Shown here: in pieces, positions 9,835-19,860 of the stretch
How the letters are laid out: the number at the start of each line of letters is the position of its first letter
How positions within the stretch are numbered: the first letter of the stretch is position 1
Source: a virus
DNA: 64,000 bases
Strand: one strand, 5' to 3'
Virus record (IMG/VR): IMGVR_UViG_3300048839_000188
Coordinates: 5,990 to 69,989 of that record
Program-made: the position numbers and the translations under genes
Notes under the pieces: generated by a model
Seen by the model: the letters and a program-made list of their open reading frames with translations, nothing else
What the model was told of the DNA's origin: nothing
The model's database searches: none

Positions 9835-10207
9835 TCAACAATGTCAGGAACAACCAAGATGCCCAATAGCAGAATGCTTCTTCACTACTCTTGGAATATT
9901 CAACCCCACGAATCTGCAAGGCATGGAATGAAGCATGGTGGATTTCGTGTGCCAAAGCGGCTAAAATGTCATTCTCAGTCCCACCTGAATTATTGGATAC
10001 AAACAACATCATATCTTTGTTGTTCATCAGTGGAATGAACATACAATCCATGCCTGATTCGAACCATTTTTCACACTCGTTCATGGGAATTGAAAATTCA
10101 TTCTTAGCCCAGAAGGTGAATTGTCCTTTATCGCCATACCAGAACCAAATGTTCCAGTTATACATTGAATCTTCGATGCGGAATATCTCATTTGTCTTGA
10201 TCATCAT
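9785..10207 (-). CDS. small HExxH metallopeptidase-like protein
   Basis: LAHEIHH followed by EEAFCY. Confidence 0.6.
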   Translation of the reverse strand: MMIKTNEIFRIEDSMYNWNIWFWYGDKGQFTFWAKNEFSIPMNECEKWFESGMDCMFIPLMNNKDMMLFVSNNSGGTENDILAALAHEIHHASFHALQIRGVEYSKSSEEAFCYWASWLFLTLLNVFPKESKKHVKKNRS

Positions 10208-10385
10208 CCTCCTGGTCTGTTAATTCATCTAGTGTGTCTTGTCTGCCATCATTATAAGCTTCCTTATACATTTTTTCGTAACAATCCATCAAATCCAGCA
10301 GCACATCAGGGTCAGAGCCATTCTTCCTCAATTGCTCCAGGAGTTGTTCAAACTTTAAAATCATTCGTCCCATTGTTTCTCTCAA
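10188..10385 (-). CDS. hypothetical protein
   Basis: Fits the tightly packed minus-strand operon. Confidence 0.45.
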   Translation of the reverse strand: MRETMGRMILKFEQLLEQLRKNGSDPDVLLDLMDCYEKMYKEAYNDGRQDTLDELTDQEDDDQDK

Positions 10386-10578
10386 TCACCACGCATACAG
10401 AATCAGCGCGAAGACGAGGTAATTGACGGCGTGCGTCCTTGATTGCTCTCTGTGCTGCTGCGGGAAAATTACTACCTTCTACCACGCCACGAATGGATTG
10501 TGGGGCATCATTTGTGTGTTCAAATGTGACCACATAATTCCATTTCTTAGGAATATTATTAGGATTCTTCTTAGGCAT
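10348..10578 (-). CDS. hypothetical protein
   Basis: Fits operon packing. Confidence 0.55.
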   Translation of the reverse strand: MPKKNPNNIPKKWNYVVTFEHTNDAPQSIRGVVEGSNFPAAAQRAIKDARRQLPRLRADSVCVVIERNNGTNDFKV

Positions 10579-10580
10579 TT

Positions 10581-10796
10581 TTATTCAAACCTCACTCGAC
10601 CATCCATGATGGCCTTGAAAATCGGATAATAAGTCCCAGAAGCCGTTGCGAGGTCATTGCTGACTCGTGTTCTGGGGAACCAATATGGATTGCCAAAAAC
10701 ATCTTGTGACTTCTCATAGATGTCAAATCCGTGTTCTTTTTCTACAATTACATAGTCTACTTTTTCGTTGTTCATTATACTTCTACTTTCTGCCAA
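10581..10796 (-). CDS. hypothetical protein
   Basis: Fits operon packing downstream of polA. Start probably MNNEK. Confidence 0.5.
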   Translation of the reverse strand: MAESRSIMNNEKVDYVIVEKEHGFDIYEKSQDVFGNPYWFPRTRVSNDLATASGTYYPIFKAIMDGRVRFE

Positions 10797-13700
10797 GTTT
10801 TCTGGCCTTGTGGATTGCCGTCTTCAAATACTATCTTCTTGGAATCTTGGTCAGCCCAATTGTAACCGAATTCAACCTCACAACCAATGCGGAGTCCATC
10901 TAGTTGCGGAATAGGGCGCGTCAAAATCTTGATTAGAAATTCAGCAGCTTCTAATTTTCTAGATTCTGGAACTTCTAAACAGTAACTATCATGAGTGAAG
11001 CAATTAGCCGGCATCATTTGGCCCCATTCACTATTGCCAATTATCCTCAGCGAGTCACGACCAAATTTGGCCGCAATATGTTGAGGCATGAAGGCCAGTG
11101 CCTTCTTGGAATCTTGGCCCATCTTCAATTTAGGTGAACCATCTTCATTATACATGAAATTCCCGTTTTTATCTTTCTTAAATGTGTGCACATCGTAGAA
11201 GTAATGTCTGTGGCCCCATGGACCGACCAAGTAGGATTCTTTCTTGGCCCTTGCTCGGGTGTCTTCTTGCCACTTTTTCAATGCTGGTAGAAGGTGGAAG
11301 ATTTTATCTTGAATCAACTGAGCAGCTTCCTTGGTGGGGAACAGTTCTGGATTCTCCATGAACATCAAATAAGGGTCGCCTCCATACAGCAACAGGTAGA
11401 CTGCTGTCTTGAACTGGCTGTAGAGTTTCTTATGGGCTGTTTTTGCCAGTTCGATGTTGGAATCTGTAAATGGTAGCCCTAGTTCTGCACAGACCAGGTA
11501 AGCGTGAATGGATTTTTTAGCAATCGCAATAAAGTTATCATCTTGGATAAGCCAACCAGTAATGATTGCTTCGATTGATGTGGAATCTGCTTGAACAAAT
11601 ATGTGGCCATCACGGGCGACAATTTGCCTTCTGGCTTTGACGGCCCATGGATTTGATTGTCTCTTGCCCACATTGGTTAGGTTCTCGTTCCTCGCAGCCA
11701 GACGCCATGTAGATGGACTGTTTAGATAAGTAGAATGAATGAGTCCATTGGAGTCCATTCTGTCGCAATATACATAAGTGCCCAGAACTTTCGACAGCTT
11801 GGCCTCCTTCAATTTCAGATGATACAAAGGATGTTTGTCGCCGTATTTTGATGCCAGTTTTTCAATATGCTTGGCATTAGCAGAGTCTTTTTTGGTCTTC
11901 CTATCCTGGCCCATTGGGTGACCATGATAGCGGATATAATCCTTAATTTGGTCACTGCTGCCAATATTGAATGGCTCAATAATATCCCACTCGACAACAT
12001 CCACGATTTTACTGACCTTGGTCGCGTCAGCAGCCTTACAGGGATTACTCTTTTTACCACCCTTCAGGTGCTCGGTCCAATTGCCCACAATTTGGCCACA
12101 ATGTGAACATGTGTTTTTCTCCTGCGGGACGATGATTTCCACAACTGGATGATCAGATTGCGGCTTGTCGCGTTTGTAATGTGTGCGCGGCCTGATTTCC
12201 AATGGCACCATTGTTGATGCGCTCTCGATGATTTTGCGTTTCTCCTCCAACATTTCGGCTTTCAAAGCTCTGCTGTAATCAACATCGATAGCATTACCCC
12301 GTTCACCGGCGCGCACCAAAATGGGCATCAACTCCACTGAGTCTTCAACAAATGTTTCCCATTGATTGTTGTTTTCCAAGTCTTCTTTGATGCCGATTGC
12401 ATTTTGTAGTGCCACATCTGCGTCTATGCATGAATAGAGTCCGGGGTTGCTATTGTTGAGATGCTTCCAAGGCATCTGACGAGTATAGACAGATGATACA
12501 AATTCCAATCCTCGTGGCAAGTCAGACTGTAACATGTGCCACCCATCCTGATAATCATACGCTACAGACTTGGTAATGTAACCTTCTTGCTTGAGTCGAG
12601 GAAGGTCGAATAAGCAATTATGCGCGCCAAAACCCTCTAGCATATATGTATGTGTCGATGTGGCGAATCGGACAATTTTTTGCCGCCCCAAATCATTCAC
12701 AGCCACGATCTGCACCCATTGGCCTTCTGGCTCCCGTAATTCCAAAGAGCCTAACATTTCAGGAGTCCACTTACTCAGCAGACGCATGGGACGAACCTGC
12801 CCCAAAAATCTAGCTGCCTGATTTCTACCATGGAGATTAGTCTTCACCAGCTTATGATTTTTGCTTGCGACATTATTAGTAGCTTTATACTGACTGGTTT
12901 TGTAACCTAATTGAGTAAAAACAGAATTAGCATACTCGCAAGTGGGGCCGGCATTCTGATGGAATGATACTGTTCCTTGAGAGAGCGCACCCTCTCCATC
13001 CATGAAACCCTTCAGATAACCAGCTTCGTGAGATAAATTTGTTTCCCAAGGCAAAAAGTAACGCGGCACCTTCCAACCTACTTGTAGATTGTCAGTGGTC
13101 ACCCATTTCATATTATGTGCATATTGTTTAGTTTGCTGAACAGGTATGAGCCATGGATGTTCTTTACTGACTTTAACTTTGGAGCCATCGGAAAATACCA
13201 CTTCCCTGACATCCTCATAAGTATGCTCCAACGCAGTGATGTAGGCAGTTTTATATTTCCGTCTCTTCCTGACCCCTGGAATATTTTCGTCAAAGCCAAC
13301 TAAGGAATCTCCAATTACCAAGTCATCGGCCCTAACCCATCTCAAGTCACTAGTTAAGATGCGTTGCTCTGGCGTAGGACAGCCGTTCCACCACATTGAA
13401 GAGTGACACTCTTCAATGAGTCTGCGAATGCCTTTTAAATATTGTGGGCTCCACGCGACTGAGATAGCATGATGTGATTTGTAGGCAAACGATATCCTAA
13501 GCATCGCGCCGATTTGTAATTCATCTTCCTCATAATCCTCTTCGCTTTCGACCTTCATCTTATACGCGGTTTCAATGTCAGTTGACAATGGCAAGAGTGA
13601 GTCGAGTGCTTCTTGGACCCACTTATCCCACAAACTCTGGGGTGGATCAACCACATACGATGGTGATGGTGGTTCTGTCCACTCACACAAGCCATGTTGT

Positions 13701-14098
13701 AAGTGACGAGTCCAGATACCCTGGAACCTAGTTGGCCGATGATATAATTGTGAGCGCGAACGGTCTGGTTCGTCATCATCTGACCACTGTGGTAACAACA
13801 AAGATGGCGATTGGAGTGGCACAACCTGCATCAGTTGGCCATAGCGAGTGGATTTGACTCTTCTCCCGAACCACCTGAATAAATCATATCCACCAGTGAT
13901 ATCAGTAAGCGCTGATTCGCCCAATGTGAAAACAGCTTTAGTGCGGGGAGTCAGATGCTTGACAATATCTGATGTTGCTGAGAATCGCACTCTCTGAGGA
14001 TCTAATCCACTTCTTTGGAACATCTTCATCCACATTGGGCGTAGATGCTCTTGTGGTGGACCTACGACTAAGAATCCATCATAGTCAAGATTCATCAT
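10775..14098 (-). CDS. polA: family A DNA polymerase with 3'-5' exonuclease, degenerate UDG-like N-terminal region and an intein
   Basis: ExoI DIET, ExoIII YSCIDAD, motif A ADSTSIE, motif B KTAVYLLLYG, motif C THDS. Confidence 0.92.
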   Translation of the reverse strand: MMNLDYDGFLVVGPPQEHLRPMWMKMFQRSGLDPQRVRFSATSDIVKHLTPRTKAVFTLGESALTDITGGYDLFRWFGRRVKSTRYGQLMQVVPLQSPSLLLPQWSDDDEPDRSRSQLYHRPTRFQGIWTRHLQHGLCEWTEPPSPSYVVDPPQSLWDKWVQEALDSLLPLSTDIETAYKMKVESEEDYEEDELQIGAMLRISFAYKSHHAISVAWSPQYLKGIRRLIEECHSSMWWNGCPTPEQRILTSDLRWVRADDLVIGDSLVGFDENIPGVRKRRKYKTAYITALEHTYEDVREVVFSDGSKVKVSKEHPWLIPVQQTKQYAHNMKWVTTDNLQVGWKVPRYFLPWETNLSHEAGYLKGFMDGEGALSQGTVSFHQNAGPTCEYANSVFTQLGYKTSQYKATNNVASKNHKLVKTNLHGRNQAARFLGQVRPMRLLSKWTPEMLGSLELREPEGQWVQIVAVNDLGRQKIVRFATSTHTYMLEGFGAHNCLFDLPRLKQEGYITKSVAYDYQDGWHMLQSDLPRGLEFVSSVYTRQMPWKHLNNSNPGLYSCIDADVALQNAIGIKEDLENNNQWETFVEDSVELMPILVRAGERGNAIDVDYSRALKAEMLEEKRKIIESASTMVPLEIRPRTHYKRDKPQSDHPVVEIIVPQEKNTCSHCGQIVGNWTEHLKGGKKSNPCKAADATKVSKIVDVVEWDIIEPFNIGSSDQIKDYIRYHGHPMGQDRKTKKDSANAKHIEKLASKYGDKHPLYHLKLKEAKLSKVLGTYVYCDRMDSNGLIHSTYLNSPSTWRLAARNENLTNVGKRQSNPWAVKARRQIVARDGHIFVQADSTSIEAIITGWLIQDDNFIAIAKKSIHAYLVCAELGLPFTDSNIELAKTAHKKLYSQFKTAVYLLLYGGDPYLMFMENPELFPTKEAAQLIQDKIFHLLPALKKWQEDTRARAKKESYLVGPWGHRHYFYDVHTFKKDKNGNFMYNEDGSPKLKMGQDSKKALAFMPQHIAAKFGRDSLRIIGNSEWGQMMPANCFTHDSYCLEVPESRKLEAAEFLIKILTRPIPQLDGLRIGCEVEFGYNWADQDSKKIVFEDGNPQGQKTWQKVEV
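12617..13381 (-). mobile_element. intein (255 aa) in the ExoII motif of the DNA polymerase
   Basis: WWNG|CPTPEQRILTSDLRW ... SKEHPW ... GFMDGEG ... GFGAHN|CLFD. Confidence 0.92.
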
Positions 14099-14801
14099 CC
14101 TCCTTCGCTATGACATATGGGAGTGCTAGCTTATAATTCTGGCCCAAGTCCATAACAACACACCATTTATCATTAGTATACTGAATAGAAACTGCTGCTG
14201 TCATAAAATGATCTAATGGTGTCGCAGTATCTAGGTGGATTTTAAGCCCAGCTTTCTTCACTCTCTCGCAGAATGAAAAGTCCTCAGCCATCTGGTCAGC
14301 GTGGATATGGCCTACTGTGAACCATGGGTATGGCACAGTCTCCCACACTTTACGCCTGATGAGCATCCCTGATGTGCCAATGGCGCCCACTTCGATTAAC
14401 TTTGGAGGGCCACTTTCGGGGATATTGATAATCTCATATTTATCATCACCTAATGTGCGTGCTGTCGGGTCGAATGGATAGCCTCTGATGCAATAGAGAG
14501 GGCCAACTAAGTCAACATTATGCACTAACAATCTGTTAATGATATCCCCCTCGAACCAGTGGTCATCATCGATAAACCACAACCAGTCCGCATTCAATTT
14601 GATGGCGTTCTGAATAGCATCATTGCGAGCCTTGCACAGTTGATTGCCAACGTGCCACAAAATGCCAACATTAGGCATCTTTGCGCATACTTTGGAGAAT
14701 GATGTCCAGAATTTCGTATACCTGGATTGCTCCTGGGCAACGATGGCAATTAGACCTTTTTCCTCCTTCACAACAGGTTTAATAGATTTGAATTGTTTCA
14801 T
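14085..14801 (-). CDS. GT-A fold (family 2-like) glycosyltransferase
   Basis: ARN, WFIDDD, GTSGMLIRR and EDFSFC motifs. Confidence 0.8.
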   Translation of the reverse strand: MKQFKSIKPVVKEEKGLIAIVAQEQSRYTKFWTSFSKVCAKMPNVGILWHVGNQLCKARNDAIQNAIKLNADWLWFIDDDHWFEGDIINRLLVHNVDLVGPLYCIRGYPFDPTARTLGDDKYEIINIPESGPPKLIEVGAIGTSGMLIRRKVWETVPYPWFTVGHIHADQMAEDFSFCERVKKAGLKIHLDTATPLDHFMTAAVSIQYTNDKWCVVMDLGQNYKLALPYVIAKEDDES

Positions 14802-14850
14802 TTTCTATATGCAACTTTCAATGTTAAATGTGGGTCGTATTGGTTAAAAT

Positions 14851-15360
14851 TCACAATGACCTCCTAAAATAAGTAATCAATTTTTCAGCTTCTTCTAGTG
14901 TCATATTATTTTTCAATATGTTAGCTCGTAATGATATTACTTGAATATTCTCAGGTGTATAACCTTTTGTTGAGTCAATTCTATCAATTGATGGCCTATT
15001 ATCGGCACGAGTCTCAATTAAATCTCGTTGGAGTTTAATACCCAAAATAGGGCAAACATCAGGAATTTTAATATTCTTTAATGTGATAGTAAATTCACGG
15101 TTCTTTAATTTGGCTCGTGATTTAGCTGTGTGAAATAATCTATACTCTAATGACCAATTTGCATATTGCCGCTTACTTAAAGACTTACGACAATCTTTGC
15201 AGATTGAATTAATGCCAAACAAAGATTTAGTATTATAATGAAATTCACTCCACGATTTAACTGCTAAACAAGAACGGCATGGGCGAGTTTTAGTACTTTC
15301 CCACACCTGCCGTTCTGCTTTATTCCATATTACTCCCAAACGCACATTCCTCCTAAACAA
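14851..15360 (-). CDS. free-standing HNH-type homing endonuclease
   Basis: CPILG, PSIDRIDSTKGYTPENIQVISLRAN. AT-rich and overlaps the RNR stop. Confidence 0.85.
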   Translation of the reverse strand: MFRRNVRLGVIWNKAERQVWESTKTRPCRSCLAVKSWSEFHYNTKSLFGINSICKDCRKSLSKRQYANWSLEYRLFHTAKSRAKLKNREFTITLKNIKIPDVCPILGIKLQRDLIETRADNRPSIDRIDSTKGYTPENIQVISLRANILKNNMTLEEAEKLITYFRRSL

Positions 15361-17207
15361 GCAGCATCGCGGGATAAGGTGGTATCGTCAACCACTTCCA
15401 CCATCTTACCCAAATCGATTGTGACATTCTCAATAGCTTTTTCTCGCGCAAGAAAATCCTCCTCACTGATTGACTCATAGGGTGCGTTTTCATATTTGTG
15501 GTCATCTTTTGGCAAGAATGATAATCCGCCGACAATTGGCCACCATACTGATAACCATGATAGCACACTCTCCCACTCGTCTGGTTTGACATAGATGGTT
15601 GATGATGGATTATGATCGCACCACCACAGTTTCCATGCTCTCCAGTATTCTAATTGCTCTAATGCGCTCATGTCGTCTTTGCTCAATGGCGATGGGCTCT
15701 TGACAGGAATCTCCACAATCGCATTAGTGCCCTCGTAAACATGTGGGACTCCTTGGGCAATCAGTGTGTTTGCTAGTTCAGAACCAGAATCGAGCCGTAG
15801 TCGGCGCAGATAATAAGGTGCCCATCGAGCGTGGATTCCACTAGAGCAATCCAATAGTTGTGAGCTATTACCAGAGGGTTTGTTACATGTGATCGCAGCG
15901 CTCTGATTGATGCCCAGTTTGTGCGCATATTTTCTATTGGTCTCATGTGCGACCCGACTTAAGTCCTCTAAAATAGTGGGCAAGTCATTCAGATTACTAC
16001 TACTAAGTAGTGGACAATCCTGCGTGCCTGTGATATCGACTCCTAATAGTCTCTCGCGCTCGCAGTTCTTTGACCACTCCGGTCGCAGATTGGGAAAATA
16101 TGTCATGCATGATTGAATGGTGCCCCACACTGTTGCTAGATGGACTTTTTCTTTCAGCGAACCAAAATCATCATCGGGCCTCGCCACTGCGATTGACAAA
16201 TTGCAGAATTGATGTGGCTCTAGGATGATTTCACCACATGGATTAGTCCCATATTCGACACCAAGAACTCTCATACCATCCTGATGGCGATTGAAGATTC
16301 CTGGTTCACCGTAGCCATCCTTTGCTAATGTGTCGATGATTGTATTCAAATCACTATGCGATGCAACCATGCTATTGTTAGCCTTAGCCAGTTCAGGATA
16401 CTTCGAAAACCAATCTCCTGTTTTGCAATTTAGCATATCGCCATCTTCTGCTGAAAATAATGCAATCAGTGCTGCTCTGCGGACGCCGCCCACATCTACG
16501 ATTGAACCTGCTAAGCAAGCAAGACGATGGATATCGATTGACCGCAGTGCCTCACCTTTGCGATCACTAATGATGTCCCATGTTCCATCCAATAGTTTGC
16601 GCAGAGGTTCAGGTCCAGATGCACGACCGCCCTTAGTGGCCAATGGAGAGCCGTATGGTCTAATCCTGCTATAATCAAACTTTGGCTTAACGGCATCTAA
16701 TGACATATCAATTGCACGATAGAAAGCATCAGCCCACCCTAATGATGAGTCTTCGATAATATAAGGAATGTGATCTTTATCATCAACTGTTCCACTGTGT
16801 GTGTAGTGCTTAGGCGAGCGCCACTCTATGACATGCTGCAATTCCACCGAGTAACCCACGCCTGTGCCGCACATCAGAATATACAATAGTTCTCGGAGTG
16901 CCTCTGGCCCATCCAACGGTAGATATGAACAGTTGTAAAGATGCGTGTGGTCTCGTGCTGCTGCTGGTCCTGCCATCTGAACAGCACGCATCGAAGGCAA
17001 TACCTGTTTGTCGAGCATAGCTTTGCGAAGCCTCTTCCACACTTGTTCATCTAGCTTTCTGTTTTGCTTATTCAACTCATCGGTGAAGAACTCAATGACT
17101 CTATCAGTGGTCTCTTCCCATGTCTCTCTTCTATTAGCATGCGGTAGATATCTCGCATATTTATCGTAACGAACTATCTCTTTAAGTAACTCATTTCCTG
17201 TCATCAT
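15330..17207 (-). CDS. nrdJ: class II (B12-dependent) ribonucleotide reductase
   Basis: KYARY, LPSMR, YNCSY, GTGVG, VGGVRRAA, TNPCGEI, KPSG and C-terminal ACLGGMC. Confidence 0.92.
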   Translation of the reverse strand: MMTGNELLKEIVRYDKYARYLPHANRRETWEETTDRVIEFFTDELNKQNRKLDEQVWKRLRKAMLDKQVLPSMRAVQMAGPAAARDHTHLYNCSYLPLDGPEALRELLYILMCGTGVGYSVELQHVIEWRSPKHYTHSGTVDDKDHIPYIIEDSSLGWADAFYRAIDMSLDAVKPKFDYSRIRPYGSPLATKGGRASGPEPLRKLLDGTWDIISDRKGEALRSIDIHRLACLAGSIVDVGGVRRAALIALFSAEDGDMLNCKTGDWFSKYPELAKANNSMVASHSDLNTIIDTLAKDGYGEPGIFNRHQDGMRVLGVEYGTNPCGEIILEPHQFCNLSIAVARPDDDFGSLKEKVHLATVWGTIQSCMTYFPNLRPEWSKNCERERLLGVDITGTQDCPLLSSSNLNDLPTILEDLSRVAHETNRKYAHKLGINQSAAITCNKPSGNSSQLLDCSSGIHARWAPYYLRRLRLDSGSELANTLIAQGVPHVYEGTNAIVEIPVKSPSPLSKDDMSALEQLEYWRAWKLWWCDHNPSSTIYVKPDEWESVLSWLSVWWPIVGGLSFLPKDDHKYENAPYESISEEDFLAREKAIENVTIDLGKMVEVVDDTTLSRDAACLGGMCVWE

Positions 17208-17649
17208 TAAAATTCTCCAAATACTTAATCGCTGATTCTAATAATCTTAGGCTGTCTTTAAAGTTACCAATGCCAGCGTTGCACCGGGTGCACAATAAGC
17301 CCCTTACTTTCTTAGTTTTGTGATCATGATCAATACAAAGATAATTACGATCTGGAGAACCATGACAAATCATACATTGATTATTACAATCTTGTTCTAG
17401 TTTAACATAATCAACTTCACTTAATTTATATTTGTTTTTAACATGGCGTAAACGAGCTTTCTTAACACCATTTTGTAAATGCCATTTATTAGCTTGTTGG
17501 CGTATATGCTCCCGTTTATTATGATAACGAATATTAGATAATTCATTTCTACAAGGCTTACAATAGCTATAAACTTTATTTTGTCGTTTGTCTAAATATC
17601 TACCTCTCTTTATTTTTCCGCATTTTTTGCAGTTGCCTGTCACTATCAC
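17191..17649 (-). CDS. endonuclease VII-type (His-Me) homing endonuclease
   Basis: CMIC ... IDHDHKTKKVRGLLCTRCNAGIG. Confidence 0.88.
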   Translation of the reverse strand: MIVTGNCKKCGKIKRGRYLDKRQNKVYSYCKPCRNELSNIRYHNKREHIRQQANKWHLQNGVKKARLRHVKNKYKLSEVDYVKLEQDCNNQCMICHGSPDRNYLCIDHDHKTKKVRGLLCTRCNAGIGNFKDSLRLLESAIKYLENFNDDRK

Positions 17650-17818
17650 TCTCGCTTTCCTTCAAATAATCATCTATGTGCGCATTAAAGCACTCAGAAC
17701 ATGTTGTCCAGTGTGATATCCACTCGCAATCACTGATGACTTTACCACACTTGGCGCATGTTTGTTCGATGCCACCACATTTACATTCCCTGTCCCAATT
17801 AGAATAGCAATATTTCAT
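17600..17818 (-). CDS. small Cys-rich hypothetical protein
   Basis: CxC, CAKC and CSEC motifs. Confidence 0.5.
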   Translation of the reverse strand: MKYCYSNWDRECKCGGIEQTCAKCGKVISDCEWISHWTTCSECFNAHIDDYLKESESDSDRQLQKMRKNKER

Positions 17819-17838
17819 ATCTTTGTCCTTAGAGACAC

Positions 17839-17865
17839 AAAAAGCACTCCCATCTAGGAAGTGCC
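17839..17865 (-). terminator. intrinsic terminator
   Basis: GGCACUUCC-UAGAU-GGGAGUGCU followed by a U tract. Confidence 0.75.
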
Positions 17866-17878
17866 TTTGTTGGAAATT

Positions 17879-17934
17879 CAGAACGATTCTTTATCAATTA
17901 ACAGTTGATTGGTTTAAAATGCTGTCTCGTTCTG
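17879..17934 (-). ncRNA. CAGCA-motif structured element D (putative)
   Basis: CAGAACGA/UCGUUCUG stem, GACAGCA, inner AUCAA-CUGUUAA-UUGAU hairpin. Confidence 0.65.
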
Positions 17935-17945
17935 CTATCAAATTT

Positions 17946-17998
17946 ACACACCAGCTTGGTTTACATAGCAATTGTAATTTAAATGCTGATTGGTGTGT
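17946..17998 (-). ncRNA. CAGCA-motif structured element C (putative)
   Basis: ACACACCA/UGGUGUGU stem, AUCAGCA, inner UUACA-AUUGCUA-UGUAA hairpin. Confidence 0.65.
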
Positions 17999-18018
17999 CT
18001 TTTCAAATCATAATACTA

Positions 18019-18447
18019 TTATACTTTCAAAGTCCTTAGCGTGTCAAGCTTTTTTAAATCTTGCAGCCAAAATTTATACTCTCGACGCTTGGCAAATTCT
18101 TCAGGTGTTAGTTTCCTATCGCGTATTGGTTTACCACTATTCATGTTAAGCCAGTTTTGAAACTCTATAGCTGCCTCTGCTTGTTTATGTTTTACTAGTA
18201 AATAAGGTAAAAGCAGCTGCAATAATTTCTGCGCGTTCTTTGACCCAAATTGTAAAGTAAAACATTTATTTGTCACTTCTGGAATAGAACTACTTATGCC
18301 ATGCTGTGTTTTGAGATAGTCCTGTATTAAACCTAAAATAGTCCTAAACTTTTGAGTAATGGTCACATTTAAGCCATAACTTTTAACTCCATTTATGGCT
18401 ATGCAACCTTCACCATCTAGAAATCCAGCTATGTATTCTAAAGTCAT
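18019..18447 (-). CDS. free-standing single-motif LAGLIDADG homing endonuclease
   Basis: YIAGFLDGEGC and LLPYLLVKHKQA. Confidence 0.9.
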   Translation of the reverse strand: MTLEYIAGFLDGEGCIAINGVKSYGLNVTITQKFRTILGLIQDYLKTQHGISSSIPEVTNKCFTLQFGSKNAQKLLQLLLPYLLVKHKQAEAAIEFQNWLNMNSGKPIRDRKLTPEEFAKRREYKFWLQDLKKLDTLRTLKV

Positions 18448-19856
18448 AGTGTGATAGCTGAATACCTATCACCATTGAGAGTGTCAAGCACTAATTCAAT
18501 TGGGTTCACTGCCTTGCCAGAAACAACAGACTTCATAATCGATGGACTGTAACCGCTGACTAGGAAGACGCCCTTCTCGTCAAACTTCGCCGGGACACCT
18601 GTTGAAGTGCGCACGTTCCAGAAGACAATCTGTGGCATCTCATACCCTGACTCTTCATACTCCTTGCGAATCATCTTCAAAGCATTAGCATTCGGATATC
18701 TAGTAGCTCGGTTGAACTGCATGTCGCTGATGATTAGGATCTTAGAAGGCATATCCTCAGCAGCCACATCATTCTCTTGTGCTCTCTGTAAAATAACGCG
18801 GAATGTCTTCTCCAAGTCTGTTGACATACCCCAATCTGCGTGCATGATGCTCTCGACCTTACTGTAGAGACTCCTGCCTGATACCTTATGGAAAGCAGGC
18901 TCATTTGAGAATGTCACAATTACATTCTTGAATGCGGATGTATTACGTTCGCTCAGATATAATCCGAGTGCCACTGATACTGCCATTGGCTCACCGTTCA
19001 TGGAACCTGAGACATCACATACAGGGAGAATCTTTTGGTCGTTTAACCCAATATCTGCTAAATTAGCCCAAGCATTCTCATTCGCAACTTTCTCCGACTC
19101 AAAAAAGTCTACCATCACAGCCTTGACAACATCAGACGGAAACAATGCCTTGGCGTTCATCTTGGCTTTACCACTAGCTACTGCCTGCTGATATGTATTA
19201 TATCTATCAGTGTCCCTCTTGGCAAATGCCTTTCTATACATATGGAGTGCTTTTGATGGCAGCTTTTCGTAATCAACATCAGCCCACCTGTTTGTGCTCA
19301 TCAACTGCTCAACAGTCGTAGACCACTGAACGAGACCCTTCCTCAATGTCTTCCTGTCAGTCTTCAACTGTCTGCGAGCGAATCCGAACCACTTTCCATC
19401 ACGCGGAAACCACTTTGCCGCCAGTGAGTGCTTGTTACCCTTCTCGCTATCGTCATTAAGTTGGTCCAGCCACAGATTAAATGCATCCTTGGCAACAGGA
19501 GTATCGAGAGTCTCAACAAGGTCATCCCATCTTCCATAAATCGGCACATAATGGACAATCTTCCTAGCAATCTCGCTTTCTTGTTTCGCTAACCACTTCA
19601 AGCAGATGCGGAAAAATCTCCTCTCGCCCATTCCGCCACGGATATCACGGATATAAAACAAGCACCTGATAGCCCATAGACGATCTTCGTCATACGCGCT
19701 CCTAAAGATGTCGATGATCTGTGATTCAGTCATCTTTCGTGACCCGCCTGATTTAAAGAACAAATCTACTAGCTTCGATCCTGCTGTTGAGTGAGTTGGC
19801 ATTCCATTTTCACCAACCACATCATTAGTCTGCATTGCATCAATAAACGTTGTCAT
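18444..19856 (-). CDS. Ro60/TROVE-related DUF2828 + vWA domain protein
   Basis: RDIRGGMGERRFF, YGRWDDL, AAKWFPR, DVSGSM (MIDAS), ISDMQF and IVFWNV. Start MTTFIDAM follows a GGAGG RBS. Confidence 0.85.
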   Translation of the reverse strand: MTTFIDAMQTNDVVGENGMPTHSTAGSKLVDLFFKSGGSRKMTESQIIDIFRSAYDEDRLWAIRCLFYIRDIRGGMGERRFFRICLKWLAKQESEIARKIVHYVPIYGRWDDLVETLDTPVAKDAFNLWLDQLNDDSEKGNKHSLAAKWFPRDGKWFGFARRQLKTDRKTLRKGLVQWSTTVEQLMSTNRWADVDYEKLPSKALHMYRKAFAKRDTDRYNTYQQAVASGKAKMNAKALFPSDVVKAVMVDFFESEKVANENAWANLADIGLNDQKILPVCDVSGSMNGEPMAVSVALGLYLSERNTSAFKNVIVTFSNEPAFHKVSGRSLYSKVESIMHADWGMSTDLEKTFRVILQRAQENDVAAEDMPSKILIISDMQFNRATRYPNANALKMIRKEYEESGYEMPQIVFWNVRTSTGVPAKFDEKGVFLVSGYSPSIMKSVVSGKAVNPIELVLDTLNGDRYSAITL

Positions 19857-19860
19857 TTGT

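Noticed and set aside
8842-14098. Z-genome (2-aminoadenine) system
   Set aside because: A DUF5664-like gene and PolA are present, but no PurZ was recognised in the window.
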